Source: Minisyncoccia bacterium (GTDB taxonomy: Bacteria > Patescibacteriota > Minisyncoccia > Phycocordibacterales > UBA9973). From it: a stretch of 64,000 nt of DNA. The notes under the pieces were generated by a model. It was not told where the DNA came from, ran no database searches, and saw only the letters and a list, made by a program, of their open reading frames with translations. Positions 7,813 to 17,796 of the stretch are shown in pieces. The stretch lies in NCBI GenBank assembly GCA_041737125.1, contig JBGSSJ010000003.1, positions 15,718 through 79,717 on the forward strand, in the 5' to 3' direction. Both the position numbers and the translations under genes were made by a program. Each line of letters opens with the position of its first letter. Within the stretch, counting starts at the first letter, position 1.

Positions 7813-10356
7813 ATGCAAGATATCAATAAATATTCAAAAAAATTAGCTAGGGATTTAGCCCGTTTTTTAAATAAAACAACAAATAATATAGGTAGGTGGT
7901 TCGTAAAAACCTTTAATCTGACTTCTATAAAAAATTACTTTCTGTTCTTTCTAGGTTTGGGAATAGTGATATTGAGTATGATTCTTATTTGGGTAAGCAC
8001 ACTACAATTACCGGACTTTAAAGCCTTTAATGACCGAAAAGTTCAAAGTTCTACTAAGATATATGATCGTACCGGTGAGATAATTCTTTATGATGTTCAC
8101 CAGGACATTAAACGTACAATTATTCCATATGAAGATATGGGGGTTAATATAAAGAATGCAACGGTTGCTATAGAGGACTCTGAGTTCTACAACCATAAAG
8201 GTATAAGAATTAACGCTATTATTAGAAGTACAGTATGGGCCAAACTAACAGGAAGGAAAATTGCAGGGGGTTCTACAATAACTCAGCAGCTAATAAAAAA
8301 TACATTATTAACCCAAGAGCGTACTATTACTAGAAAAGTAAAAGAGTGGATACTGGCTATAAAACTAGAGAAAATGCTAAGTAAAGATGAGATATTGGCA
8401 CTTTACTTAAACGAAGCTCCTTATGGGGGAAACCTTTATGGTATAGAGGAAGCATCTAAAGCATTCTTCGGCAAAGGCCCTGCGGAACTTACACTGGCTG
8501 AAAGTGCATACATGGCTGCTATTCCTAACGCTCCCACAAGATACTCACCTTATGGTAAGAATAAGAAAGATTTAGATACTAGAAAGAACATAGTTCTAAA
8601 CAGGATGCTTGAACTTCAATTTATAAATCCTGATGAACACAAAAAAGCAAGAGAAGAAGTTGTAGTATTCCTACCCTACCAGCCAGCAAATATTGCGGCC
8701 CCTCATTTCGTATTTTTTATTAAAGAATACTTAGAAAATAAATATGAAACAGAGATTCTAGATAAGGGAGGACTTAAAGTTGTAACTACTATTGATTATG
8801 AATTACAGAAGAAAGCTGAAGAATCAGCTTTCAAACATGCTAAAGAGAATGAGAAGAATTGGAAAGGTGAGAATGCCTCCGTTGTGGCAATAGACCCGAA
8901 GACAGGTCAGATACTTGCTATGGTGGGTTCTCGTGACTACTTTGACAAGACTATTGATGGTAACTTCAATGTAGCTACTGCTTTACGTCAACCTGGGTCA
9001 TCTTTCAAGCCTATAGTTTATGCTCTTGCATTTAAGGAAGGCTACACAGCTGATACTGTCTTGTTCGACACTAAAACAGAATTTAACTCATCTTGTAGCC
9101 CGCTTGGAAGACCATTACCCAACAGTAGAAATGCTGACTGTTATATGCCAAATAACTATGATAATGCTTTCCGTGGACCAATGACACTTAAAAATGCCTT
9201 AGCACAATCTATTAACGTGGTCGCTGTAAAATTATCCTACTTAGTTGGTATAAAAGATTCCATCAAAATGGCTCATGATTTAGGTGTTAGTAGTCTAAAC
9301 GATCCTGATAGATATGGGTTATCTTTAGTAATAGGAGGTGGGGAGACAACACTACTTGATATGACTTCTGTTTATAGTGTATTTGCTAATGATGGTATTC
9401 GTAATCCTTACCAAGGGATACTTTCCGTAGAAGATGCAAATGGTGTAGTTCTTGAAAAATTTAAAGAGAATTCTTACCAAGTACTAGATAGCAATATAAC
9501 AAGAACTCTTTCTGATATATTATCTGACAACATAGCTCGCACACCAACTTTTGGCGCAAATTCTATTCTGATAGTGCCAGGGAAAGATGTAGCTGTGAAA
9601 ACAGGTACTACAAACAGCAATAGAGACGCGTGGACTATTGGTTACTCTCCCAATCTTGCTGTTGGTGTGTGGGTAGGTAACAATGATAATACTCCGATGG
9701 GTAAGGGTGGTGCTGCTCTTGCTGGTCCTATATGGAATGAAGTTATATCTTTTGGTTTAAGAGATAGACCGCTTGAGAATTTTGAAGAACCGGATATTAT
9801 TGACCCAAGTACCCCACCTATACTTCGTGGGTTTTGGCAAGGAGGGGAAACATTTTTTGAAAACGGTGTGGAACAATCAATAACAAATGTACATACTATA
9901 CTTTATTGGATAGATAAGAATAATCCATTTGGTGGAAAGCCTTCAAATCCAGGCAATGATCCTTTATATGAAAACTGGGAATATGGTGTACAAAAATGGT
10001 GGGAAATTAACAGGTTTAACTATAAAAATAATAATAAGCCTATTGATTATGATTTAAATCAAGGTGAAGTTGTATTACCTATTCTTACTGCAAGTGGAAT
10101 AAAAACTACCCCTTATCTAAAGAATGAGGATGTAGTGTCTTTTATACAGATAACTAATGGAGTTATTTTAAAGAAAGTAGATGTTTTCGTAAATGATACA
10201 TATCTTACTTCTATAAAAATACTTCCACATAATCTTACCTTTACCCCAGCAGAAGTGGATAATATATCGGGCGAGAATACTCTACGTATTATAGGATACG
10301 ATCAAAGAGGTAATAGTGGTGAAGTAACACAGACATTTCTAGTTAGTGATATTTAA
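7813..10356 (+). CDS. Class A penicillin-binding protein (PBP1A family)
   Basis: EDSEFYNHKG, GGSTITQQL, RKVKE transglycosylase; SSFK, SIN, KTGT transpeptidase. Confidence 0.95.
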   Translation: MQDINKYSKKLARDLARFLNKTTNNIGRWFVKTFNLTSIKNYFLFFLGLGIVILSMILIWVSTLQLPDFKAFNDRKVQSSTKIYDRTGEIILYDVHQDIKRTIIPYEDMGVNIKNATVAIEDSEFYNHKGIRINAIIRSTVWAKLTGRKIAGGSTITQQLIKNTLLTQERTITRKVKEWILAIKLEKMLSKDEILALYLNEAPYGGNLYGIEEASKAFFGKGPAELTLAESAYMAAIPNAPTRYSPYGKNKKDLDTRKNIVLNRMLELQFINPDEHKKAREEVVVFLPYQPANIAAPHFVFFIKEYLENKYETEILDKGGLKVVTTIDYELQKKAEESAFKHAKENEKNWKGENASVVAIDPKTGQILAMVGSRDYFDKTIDGNFNVATALRQPGSSFKPIVYALAFKEGYTADTVLFDTKTEFNSSCSPLGRPLPNSRNADCYMPNNYDNAFRGPMTLKNALAQSINVVAVKLSYLVGIKDSIKMAHDLGVSSLNDPDRYGLSLVIGGGETTLLDMTSVYSVFANDGIRNPYQGILSVEDANGVVLEKFKENSYQVLDSNITRTLSDILSDNIARTPTFGANSILIVPGKDVAVKTGTTNSNRDAWTIGYSPNLAVGVWVGNNDNTPMGKGGAALAGPIWNEVISFGLRDRPLENFEEPDIIDPSTPPILRGFWQGGETFFENGVEQSITNVHTILYWIDKNNPFGGKPSNPGNDPLYENWEYGVQKWWEINRFNYKNNNKPIDYDLNQGEVVLPILTASGIKTTPYLKNEDVVSFIQITNGVILKKVDVFVNDTYLTSIKILPHNLTFTPAEVDNISGENTLRIIGYDQRGNSGEVTQTFLVSDI

Positions 10357-10616
10357 TTTATATCTTTAAAATTTTTGTCTAAAAGTAAATCTTTTAGATC
10401 TTTCAAAATACCTTCTTTATGAATTAAAATTTCATTTTTAATTATAGGAGAACTTTGTATGGTTATAATACTGCCTTTAATTTTAATTAATTTTACATTT
10501 ATAACTAAACCAATATGTCGCTCAACAATACTAGCAATAATTTCGTAATACTCTCTGTTTTTAAAGAGGTTTTTCTTGATACCCGAGAGAAAACTAGAGA
10601 TGTGGTTATAATCCAT
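10353..10616 (-). CDS. Small protein downstream of dnaN, possibly DciA/DUF721-like
   Basis: Co-oriented immediately after dnaN; pattern I.I..SSP.IKNEIL..K..IL. Confidence 0.5.
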   Translation of the reverse strand: MDYNHISSFLSGIKKNLFKNREYYEIIASIVERHIGLVINVKLIKIKGSIITIQSSPIIKNEILIHKEGILKDLKDLLLDKNFKDIN

Positions 10617-10617
10617 A

Positions 10618-11715
10618 TTACCTATTCATTGGCATTATTAGATACATAAAAGAAGCATCCCCTACTGGTTTTATTATCATAGGCTTATTATTACCATTTA
10701 GTTGTAAATTTAAACTATCAGCTCCTATGGACTGGAAGCAATCTATTATATATTTATAATTAAAATTAGCGGATACATTTTCTCCAGAGAGTGCACCTGA
10801 CATAAAAGTGGTATTTTCTCCTACATCTATATTCTTAGCTTCAATTTCAAAAACTTTTTCTATTGGTTTTACTGTGATCGTTATCTGATTAAATTTATCT
10901 GAAAATATATTAGATACTTTTAGGGAAGATATAAATTCTTGTTTCAAAACAACTGCTTCTGTCAGCGCTGTTTTAGGAATTATTAATTTGTAGTCAGGGA
11001 AATTTCCATCGACAACCCTTGAAGTAAGGTATGTATCGCTGGTTGAAAAAGATATTTGGTTATTTTGTAGTGTTATATTTATATCTTCATCAATACTCTC
11101 AAAAACTTTCATTATCTCTGTTGTATTTTTATAAGGTATGAGTATTCCAGTAAAAGATAATTTTTGTTTTATTTTAATTTTCTTCTCTGCTAACCTAAAT
11201 GAGTCTGTTGATACAAAAACTAACATATCGTCTTCTGGGTATATATAAACACTACCTATTTCTGGTTTTATCTCAGAAATTGATGCACTATAATAAACAG
11301 ATTTCAAACCTTCTATTAGTTTTTTACTAGGTAAAATAAAACTATCCCCTTTAATTATAGGTATAGTAGGAAAATCCTCATAAGGTGTGCTTTTAAGTAA
11401 TATTGTGTTTGATTTAGTTTTAACAGATAAATTATTATTTATTAATTCAAAGGACACATTTCCATCCCCTGATAGTACAGAGAAGAGAGATGATAATATA
11501 TCTCCCCTAATAGCAACAATACCTTCTTTCTCTATTTTTGCAGGAATTTTAATTTCAATACCAATACTAAGATTTGTTGCTCTTAATTTTAATGTTTTCT
11601 CTGTTGCGATCCATAGTATAGAACTAAGTACAGGTAATGTAAGATTCTTACCAGTTAATCGATCAACCGATATTAACGCATTCTTTATTTTATTTATAGA
11701 GCATTCTATTTTCAT
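10618..11715 (-). CDS. dnaN: DNA polymerase III beta clamp
   Basis: ATNL, STDSFRLAE, GNFPDY, C-terminal LIMPM; follows dnaA. Confidence 0.97.
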   Translation of the reverse strand: MKIECSINKIKNALISVDRLTGKNLTLPVLSSILWIATEKTLKLRATNLSIGIEIKIPAKIEKEGIVAIRGDILSSLFSVLSGDGNVSFELINNNLSVKTKSNTILLKSTPYEDFPTIPIIKGDSFILPSKKLIEGLKSVYYSASISEIKPEIGSVYIYPEDDMLVFVSTDSFRLAEKKIKIKQKLSFTGILIPYKNTTEIMKVFESIDEDINITLQNNQISFSTSDTYLTSRVVDGNFPDYKLIIPKTALTEAVVLKQEFISSLKVSNIFSDKFNQITITVKPIEKVFEIEAKNIDVGENTTFMSGALSGENVSANFNYKYIIDCFQSIGADSLNLQLNGNNKPMIIKPVGDASFMYLIMPMNR

Positions 11716-11921
11716 ATTGTTTATATTATCTATTAATAATTTATTATTACTACTATGGCTGTTGATATGTGGATTAAATTTAAAACGATGTTTATTAATA
11801 CTATTTTAAGGAATATAAAATTTTAACTATTTTTTAAAATCTTATAATCAAACATAATTTATTAAAATTAAAAGTTTTCCCCACTTTCATTTTTCTATAA
11901 ACACATCTTATCCACATACTT
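11716..11921. other. Probable oriC (dnaA-dnaN intergenic region)
   Basis: Very AT-rich; TTATCCACA 11908-11916, TGTGGATTA 11768-11776, TTTTCCCCA 11875-11883. Confidence 0.65.
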
Positions 11922-13277
11922 TTACTTAAACATAATTCTAATCTTTTCTATTTCTTGTAATAAAGAAGGGTCGGTTTTTAAATCATCTCTTATTTTTAAA
12001 TGGGAATGGATTACTGTTGTGTGATCCCGACCACCTAGCTTCTGCCCTATTAATGGATAAGAGATATTAAAGTCTTCTCTTAGCACATACATAGCTACTT
12101 GACGAGCTCTTACTATTTCCTTTCTTCTAGTCTTCTCGTATATTATTTCTTCTGAAATTCCATAATGGTCTGCGATTATACGAACTATATCTTTGATTGC
12201 TACGGTTTTTTTCGGTTTAATATTGTTTTTAATTAATGCCTTTACTTCAACAAGACCCAATGATTTATTTTTAAGTTGAGATTGGCATATAATAGTGTTC
12301 AGACTACCCTCTAATTCACGTATATTACCCTCTAGGGCTTGCGCTAGGTAATCAACGACATCTTCTGTCGCAATACAGTTTGTAGACTCAAATTTAGCCT
12401 TTATGATAGCAACACGCGATTCATAATCCGGCTCAACTATCTGTACTGTCATACCAGATGCGAACCTTGATTGTAGTCTATCTTCTAATCCTTGGATAAA
12501 GTTAGGGTGTTTGTCTGAAGAAAAGATAATTTGTTTATTACTTTCGTAAAGTGTATTAAACAAATGGAATAATTCTTCCTGTGTTTTGTCCTTACCAGAA
12601 ATAAATTGTATATCATCCATGATAATTACATCGTATTTTCTGTACTTTTCTTTGAAAGCATTTGGGTTTTTATTTTGTATTGAGTTTATATAATCTATAG
12701 CGAAACGCTCAAGACTGACATAGTAGACTCTTTTATTTGGATACTTTATTTTTATTGTATTCCCTATTGCTTGTATCATATGTGTCTTACCTAAACCAGT
12801 ACCACCATATATAAAGAAAGGATTATAGTTTTGACCAGGGTTTGTGATAATAGCTTGAGCAACAGCGTAAGCAAGTTCGTTAAAAGGACCCACTATAAAT
12901 GAATTGAATGTGTACTTAGGGTTTAGATTATCATCTTTGTTTAGATATAAATCATTTAAAGGAAGTTCTTTGTTTATGCTTATCTTAGTAGTAGGAGCTT
13001 CTGTTTTATCGTTTGATTTAGCTTGTTGATCATATTTATGTATTATGTACTCTATATTTCTTACACCTTCTTCGTGGCTTATTAGTGTTTTTAGTATAAG
13101 TTTATGAAATTTATTATATAACCAGTCTTTTACAAATTCATTAGGTACCCCTATGTACAAGGTACCAGTGTCCTCTTTTACAATAGATGTGTTCTTAAAC
13201 CACGTAGTAAAATTAGCCTTAGATATACTTAACTCAATTTCAGACAAACAATTATTCCAAAGCTCTTTTGTGTTCAT
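11922..13277 (-). CDS. dnaA: Chromosomal replication initiator DnaA
   Basis: YNPFFIYGGTGLGKTH, DDIQF, NIRELEG, GGRDHTTVIH; start set at the second ATG, just after TATAAT. Confidence 0.98.
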   Translation of the reverse strand: MNTKELWNNCLSEIELSISKANFTTWFKNTSIVKEDTGTLYIGVPNEFVKDWLYNKFHKLILKTLISHEEGVRNIEYIIHKYDQQAKSNDKTEAPTTKISINKELPLNDLYLNKDDNLNPKYTFNSFIVGPFNELAYAVAQAIITNPGQNYNPFFIYGGTGLGKTHMIQAIGNTIKIKYPNKRVYYVSLERFAIDYINSIQNKNPNAFKEKYRKYDVIIMDDIQFISGKDKTQEELFHLFNTLYESNKQIIFSSDKHPNFIQGLEDRLQSRFASGMTVQIVEPDYESRVAIIKAKFESTNCIATEDVVDYLAQALEGNIRELEGSLNTIICQSQLKNKSLGLVEVKALIKNNIKPKKTVAIKDIVRIIADHYGISEEIIYEKTRRKEIVRARQVAMYVLREDFNISYPLIGQKLGGRDHTTVIHSHLKIRDDLKTDPSLLQEIEKIRIMFK

Positions 13278-13319
13278 AGTGCGCATTATACTATTTTTTA
13301 AAGTTGGCCCATAATTTAA

Positions 13320-13362
13320 TACCTGGATTAACCTGTGAACAATGTGTGGATATGTTTATAAC
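13320..13362. promoter_or_regulatory. Degenerate DnaA boxes in the dnaA/rpmH divergent promoter region
   Basis: TGTGAACAA, TGTGGATAT, TGTTTATAA. Confidence 0.5.
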
Positions 13363-13407
13363 CATAGAAACATTGCATTATTCTTGATTATAGTATATAT
13401 TTTCTTT

Positions 13408-13548
13408 ATGTCTCAAACATACCAACCAAATAAAAGAAAAAGAGCCAAAACACACGGTTTTTTGGTAAGAGCTAAAACTCCAGGTGGTAAAAGGGTTACT
13501 CAAGCTCGTCGCCGCAAGGGTCGTGCAAAAGTTTCTATTAAGAAATAG
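13408..13548 (+). CDS. rpmH: 50S ribosomal protein L34
   Basis: [18 protein letters not shown]...RRRKGR. Confidence 0.97.
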   Translation: MSQTYQPNKRKRAKTHGFLVRAKTPGGKRVTQARRRKGRAKVSIKK

Positions 13549-13559
13549 TAGCAAAAGCT

Positions 13560-13880
13560 ATGCTTTCAAAGAAAAAAAGAGTCACAAAACAACTTTTCCT
13601 AGATATAATGAAAAATGGGAAAGTTATAAATGACCCTTTTTTTCTTTTTAGGTATGTAAAGTCAGGGAACCCTCAATATGCTGTAGTAGCACCTAAAAGT
13701 GTTGCAAAACAAGCAGTTTCAAGGAATAAATTACGTCGCCAGGGTTACTACGTATTTAATCAATACACCAAACTACCCTCAATTTCGGGCATATTTTTTT
13801 ATAAAAAAGAAGCAAAAAATATAGATTTTAAGGATATAAAGAAGAGCATATACTCTGTTCTTGGTAAAATAAACCCATAA
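13560..13880 (+). CDS. rnpA: Ribonuclease P protein component
   Basis: AVSRNKLRR motif; synteny. Confidence 0.9.
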   Translation: MLSKKKRVTKQLFLDIMKNGKVINDPFFLFRYVKSGNPQYAVVAPKSVAKQAVSRNKLRRQGYYVFNQYTKLPSISGIFFYKKEAKNIDFKDIKKSIYSVLGKINP

Positions 13881-13883
13881 AAT

Positions 13884-14090
13884 ATGGATAAAATGTTAGT
13901 TAGATTAATAAATATTTACCAGAAAACACCCACAAAAATGCATTATTCTTGTGTTTTCTTGCCCACATGTTCTGAGTACACCAAAGAAGCCATAATAAAA
14001 TATGGCAGCTTAAAAGGGGTATATCTCGGTATTAGGAGGATTTTGCGTTGCCACCCATGGCAGAAAAACCATTACGACCCATTAATATAA
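13884..14090 (+). CDS. yidD: Membrane protein insertion efficiency factor
   Basis: C.F.PTCSEY, RILRCHPW. Confidence 0.93.
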   Translation: MDKMLVRLINIYQKTPTKMHYSCVFLPTCSEYTKEAIIKYGSLKGVYLGIRRILRCHPWQKNHYDPLI

Positions 14091-14152
14091 GAATATTTAA
14101 ATATTTCTGCCAAAATTTTCTTGTTTACCCATAATTCTGCTACAATAGAGAA

Positions 14153-14896
14153 ATGCAATCATTATGGAACACAATTTTCTACGAGCCCATTTACAATGGT
14201 CTCATTTTTATTATAAATAATATAACTTTCGGAGATGTCGGTTTTGGTATTATTATACTTACCATTATAGTTAAATTCATCCTATTCCCTCTTACAAAGA
14301 AGTCTATTAAAAGTCAGATTTTAATGAAAAAGGTTGAGCCAGAACTCAAGAAGCTAAAAAAAGATTTTCCAAACAAAGAAGAACAAGCAAAGAAAACATT
14401 TGAACTATATAAAAAGTACGGAGTTAATCCATTCTCAGGATGTTTGGTTTTATTACTTCAGCTCCCTGTGATATTTGCCCTATACTATGTTTTCTATAAA
14501 GGGTTATCTATTGAAACAGGACCACTATATTCTTTCATCCAGAACCCAATTGAGATGACTACAAATTTTTTGGGTATTTTTGATCTACATGCCAAAAGCA
14601 TAGTACTTGCTCTACTTGCAGGTATAACTCAATTCATTCAAGGTTACTTGGCACACCCTGCGAAGCCTAAAGTAGAAGTGGTAAAGTCTATGTCAGAGCC
14701 AGAGCCTAAAACTTTCCAAGATCAAATGTCAGAAAGTATGCAATTAAATATAAAATATTTCTTACCAGTTTTTGTGGCCATTATTGCTTATACTATATCA
14801 GCAGCAGTTGCATTATATTGGATTACAAGTAATATATTTACTATAGCTCAAGAATGGCATGTAAGAAGGTCTCTCGCTCGCCAAAATATCATATAA
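14153..14896 (+). CDS. yidC: YidC/Oxa1 membrane protein insertase
   Basis: NPFSGCL..LLQLP, ALYWITSN..TIAQ. Confidence 0.95.
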   Translation: MQSLWNTIFYEPIYNGLIFIINNITFGDVGFGIIILTIIVKFILFPLTKKSIKSQILMKKVEPELKKLKKDFPNKEEQAKKTFELYKKYGVNPFSGCLVLLLQLPVIFALYYVFYKGLSIETGPLYSFIQNPIEMTTNFLGIFDLHAKSIVLALLAGITQFIQGYLAHPAKPKVEVVKSMSEPEPKTFQDQMSESMQLNIKYFLPVFVAIIAYTISAAVALYWITSNIFTIAQEWHVRRSLARQNII

Positions 14897-14903
14897 AACC
14901 CTT

Positions 14904-15365
14904 ATGAATCAAGACCAAATCAAAACTATAATCGAAGATATATTCAAACACACAGCATGTACTATTTCCAAATGCGAATTTTCTGAAGAAGGAAATATGT
15001 TGTGGTGTCATATAGATACACCAGACTCTCGCTTCATGATTGGTCGTGATGGTGAGACATTGCGCTCACTCAATCACCTTGTGCGTATGATGGTGGAGAA
15101 GAATATGACACCAGAAGAGACAAACAAAATTTTTATTGATATAAATGGATACCAAAAGAAAAGATTTGATAGCCTAAAGACCATCGCTCACATGATGGCT
15201 GAGCGTGCTCGATACTTCAAAAGTAATATAGAGATAGACCCTATGCCTGCATATGAGAGGCGAATAGTACACATGTTCTTAGAAGGATCCCCAGATATAA
15301 AAACAGAATCAGAAGGCTATGGACCAAACAGACGTGTAGTTATAAAATACGTAAATAATAGTTAG
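14904..15365 (+). CDS. jag: Jag/KhpB KH-R3H RNA-binding protein
   Basis: IGRDGETL.SL, PMPAYERRIVH, SEG.GPNRRVVI. Confidence 0.9.
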   Translation: MNQDQIKTIIEDIFKHTACTISKCEFSEEGNMLWCHIDTPDSRFMIGRDGETLRSLNHLVRMMVEKNMTPEETNKIFIDINGYQKKRFDSLKTIAHMMAERARYFKSNIEIDPMPAYERRIVHMFLEGSPDIKTESEGYGPNRRVVIKYVNNS

Positions 15366-15367
15366 TA

Positions 15368-15387
15368 CCTGCCTGCCGGTAGGCAGG
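15368..15387. repeat. REP-like palindrome
   Basis: CCTGCCTGCCGGTAGGCAGG; degenerate copy CCTGCCTACTGGTAGGTGGG at 22229-22248. Confidence 0.7.
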
Positions 15388-15388
15388 A

Positions 15389-16714
15389 TTACCTCAGATC
15401 AAGATTCCACAGTGTGGAATCTTTTTTGTTTATGAAGAATATTTGCTCACCATTTTTATCCAAGAATAATTTAGTAGCATCTACTGACTCACTACTATAA
15501 GAATCGATATTTGTATTTTCTCCAGTCTTGGCATCAATCATTACAAAATTATCATCGAAAGAAACTAATCCTTGATACCAATTATCAGGCTGACTGCCGT
15601 CTATATTACTAGGAATGGCACAATATATTGTTACATTGTCTATATCCCAAACACACTTTTCTGGCAGAGAGTAAAGATTCAAATCCACAACACTCCTGTC
15701 TTTGGTATTAAATACATTTAATCTAGGTATACCAGAGAGTGATGAGCTGTATAGAATAAGAGAACCGTCATTACTTGCAAGTGTCGTCAATCCTTTAATT
15801 TCACCGAAAACTTTAGACAGTGTCCCATTTGCTGTATTTAAGCTGAAGATACTACCATTAACCCCTGAAGAAGCCTTAGTTGTGAGGAATATCTTATTAT
15901 TCCCTACCCACTGTGCTATCCACTCAGTGTACGGCGAGGCGAAGACTTGGGAGGACTTAGTTTCATTAAAAGACCGGATTGTGCCAGTAACACCACTACC
16001 AGACTTCGTAATATAAAAGTATCTATTTTTCTCTGGGGAAACTGCTATGTTTATAATATTTGATGGCAAGAATTCACTTTTTGTAGAGCCTAGCGATGCG
16101 ATGAAGCTACTAATAGAATTATTGTCAGCCGATAGATATCTATAAATTACTGATTTTGCGCTACCATCAAATATAACTTCATAAATACTTGGTATAGTCG
16201 AGTTCGATACTTTGCCTGATACTTTTGTATCTAGATACATCTGAAATATGTGCCCTGTGGCACGCTCTACGTATCTGATAGATGGAACAACTTCAAACTT
16301 GGGAGCTGTAGGCTTCGTAGCTTTAATAGTAGTTTTATTTATGACCGGTGGGGTGGTTTCACCGCCTTCTTTGACTTCTGTTGCGACAACAGCCTCAGGG
16401 ATGATTCTGGTGTCATCAAAGTAAGTAGCACCAGCTACTGCGAACTCTGTAATCTTGTGGAATTTCTGGCTTGCCTCGGGTTCTTTTACTAACTCACCAC
16501 GAGGAATATCCTCTGTTGGTGTTTCTATTTCTTCTCCCTCTATTTCTGTCTCTACGTCTTCACTTCCAAAAGGATTAAATATACTGTAGTCGGACTTCGG
16601 AGCCTCCCCTGTTGTATTAGTAGTCGTTTGATTCTTGTAATAGTAAAAACCAAACATCGCTCCACCGACGAGTATGAATACAGTTATGAAAATAATTATT
16701 GTTTTTCGAGGCAT
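15389..16714 (-). CDS. Membrane-anchored protein, probable beta-propeller-like domain
   Basis: N-terminal TM helix, Thr/Glu linker, beta-rich repeats. Confidence 0.7.
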   Translation of the reverse strand: MPRKTIIIFITVFILVGGAMFGFYYYKNQTTTNTTGEAPKSDYSIFNPFGSEDVETEIEGEEIETPTEDIPRGELVKEPEASQKFHKITEFAVAGATYFDDTRIIPEAVVATEVKEGGETTPPVINKTTIKATKPTAPKFEVVPSIRYVERATGHIFQMYLDTKVSGKVSNSTIPSIYEVIFDGSAKSVIYRYLSADNNSISSFIASLGSTKSEFLPSNIINIAVSPEKNRYFYITKSGSGVTGTIRSFNETKSSQVFASPYTEWIAQWVGNNKIFLTTKASSGVNGSIFSLNTANGTLSKVFGEIKGLTTLASNDGSLILYSSSLSGIPRLNVFNTKDRSVVDLNLYSLPEKCVWDIDNVTIYCAIPSNIDGSQPDNWYQGLVSFDDNFVMIDAKTGENTNIDSYSSESVDATKLFLDKNGEQIFFINKKDSTLWNLDLR

Positions 16715-16761
16715 ATAATTTAGTTTATCTCACCTTTTTTATTGATTCATTTATTTGTTAA

Positions 16762-17754
16762 TTATATACTTAATCTTATTTGGCCACTTGCACTTTGGAA
16801 GTATGTGCTCATATTTTCCATTACTAACCTGATGGTAGCATACCCACCTCTAGAATTTGGGCGGACAGTAAGCTCTGTTTTCTTCGAAGGAGTATCTATG
16901 GCTTTATTATTTATCTGCCAGTTATATGTGAACCGAGATTCATTACCCACCACACCGAGGAAGTAAGGCACAGCTACGACTGTCATCTCTTCTTTCTCCA
17001 TATAAGTCCCATCTGTTAATGCAGAATTATACATGATGCCTTCAGTTGGGGACTTCTCGTAGAAGACAATCTTCGGATCCGTCATCGGTATGTTCACTGT
17101 CTTTGTCGCATTATAAGATCCATCTATAGAGGACACGGTGACTGTGATGCTGTCACTACTATTCATCTCACTATTGGTAAATACATAAGAATCTTTCCCA
17201 TAACCCGAAGCATTTGGTACTGTCTTGCCATTATTCTTCCATGTGTAGGTTAGATTCTTATTAGATTTGATAGAACTATTGTTCGGTATAGCTACTACAC
17301 GAATTAAGCTCTCGGATGAAGGGAAAGATTTACCTTTATAGAATGGTGGCGTGTATGCACTGACACCCTCCCAAAGTAGCTCTATATCAGTAGGGCTTAT
17401 AACTATCTGCTTCGTAATCTTAGATAGTGACCCATATGGAGTAATGGATATCTTGATAATTGTACTAGTATTTGGCCCCAATGCTTTGAAGGAGTAGCTT
17501 GTGCGACCTATACCAGAGAGCACTATACTTGATCCACTCTGCCACTCTATCTGAGCCTTGTTCAAGTCCGCCCCATAACTCTTCAGATTAATAGTGACGT
17601 TCTGGTATGGCTCAGGATTAGCGGGCACTGTGGTCGCTTCTATGTCGTAATCTTGTATTTGGAGCTCATCTATGGCTACACCTAGTTTCGGTAAAGATAC
17701 TACGACAAGTAGTATGATTAGTATAAAAAGGAGTTTTATTTGAGATTTCATCAC
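16762..17754 (-). CDS. Exported Ig-like repeat protein
   Basis: Signal peptide; repeated Y.W..N motifs. Confidence 0.7.
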   Translation of the reverse strand: MMKSQIKLLFILIILLVVVSLPKLGVAIDELQIQDYDIEATTVPANPEPYQNVTINLKSYGADLNKAQIEWQSGSSIVLSGIGRTSYSFKALGPNTSTIIKISITPYGSLSKITKQIVISPTDIELLWEGVSAYTPPFYKGKSFPSSESLIRVVAIPNNSSIKSNKNLTYTWKNNGKTVPNASGYGKDSYVFTNSEMNSSDSITVTVSSIDGSYNATKTVNIPMTDPKIVFYEKSPTEGIMYNSALTDGTYMEKEEMTVVAVPYFLGVVGNESRFTYNWQINNKAIDTPSKKTELTVRPNSRGGYATIRLVMENMSTYFQSASGQIRLSI

Positions 17755-17796
17755 CCTTATATTATATGATAATTAAGGGTTATTAACAAACTAAAT

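Noticed and set aside
6558-15365. Lower GC around dnaA as a foreign island
   Set aside because: The genes are core and in canonical order; composition was not quantified
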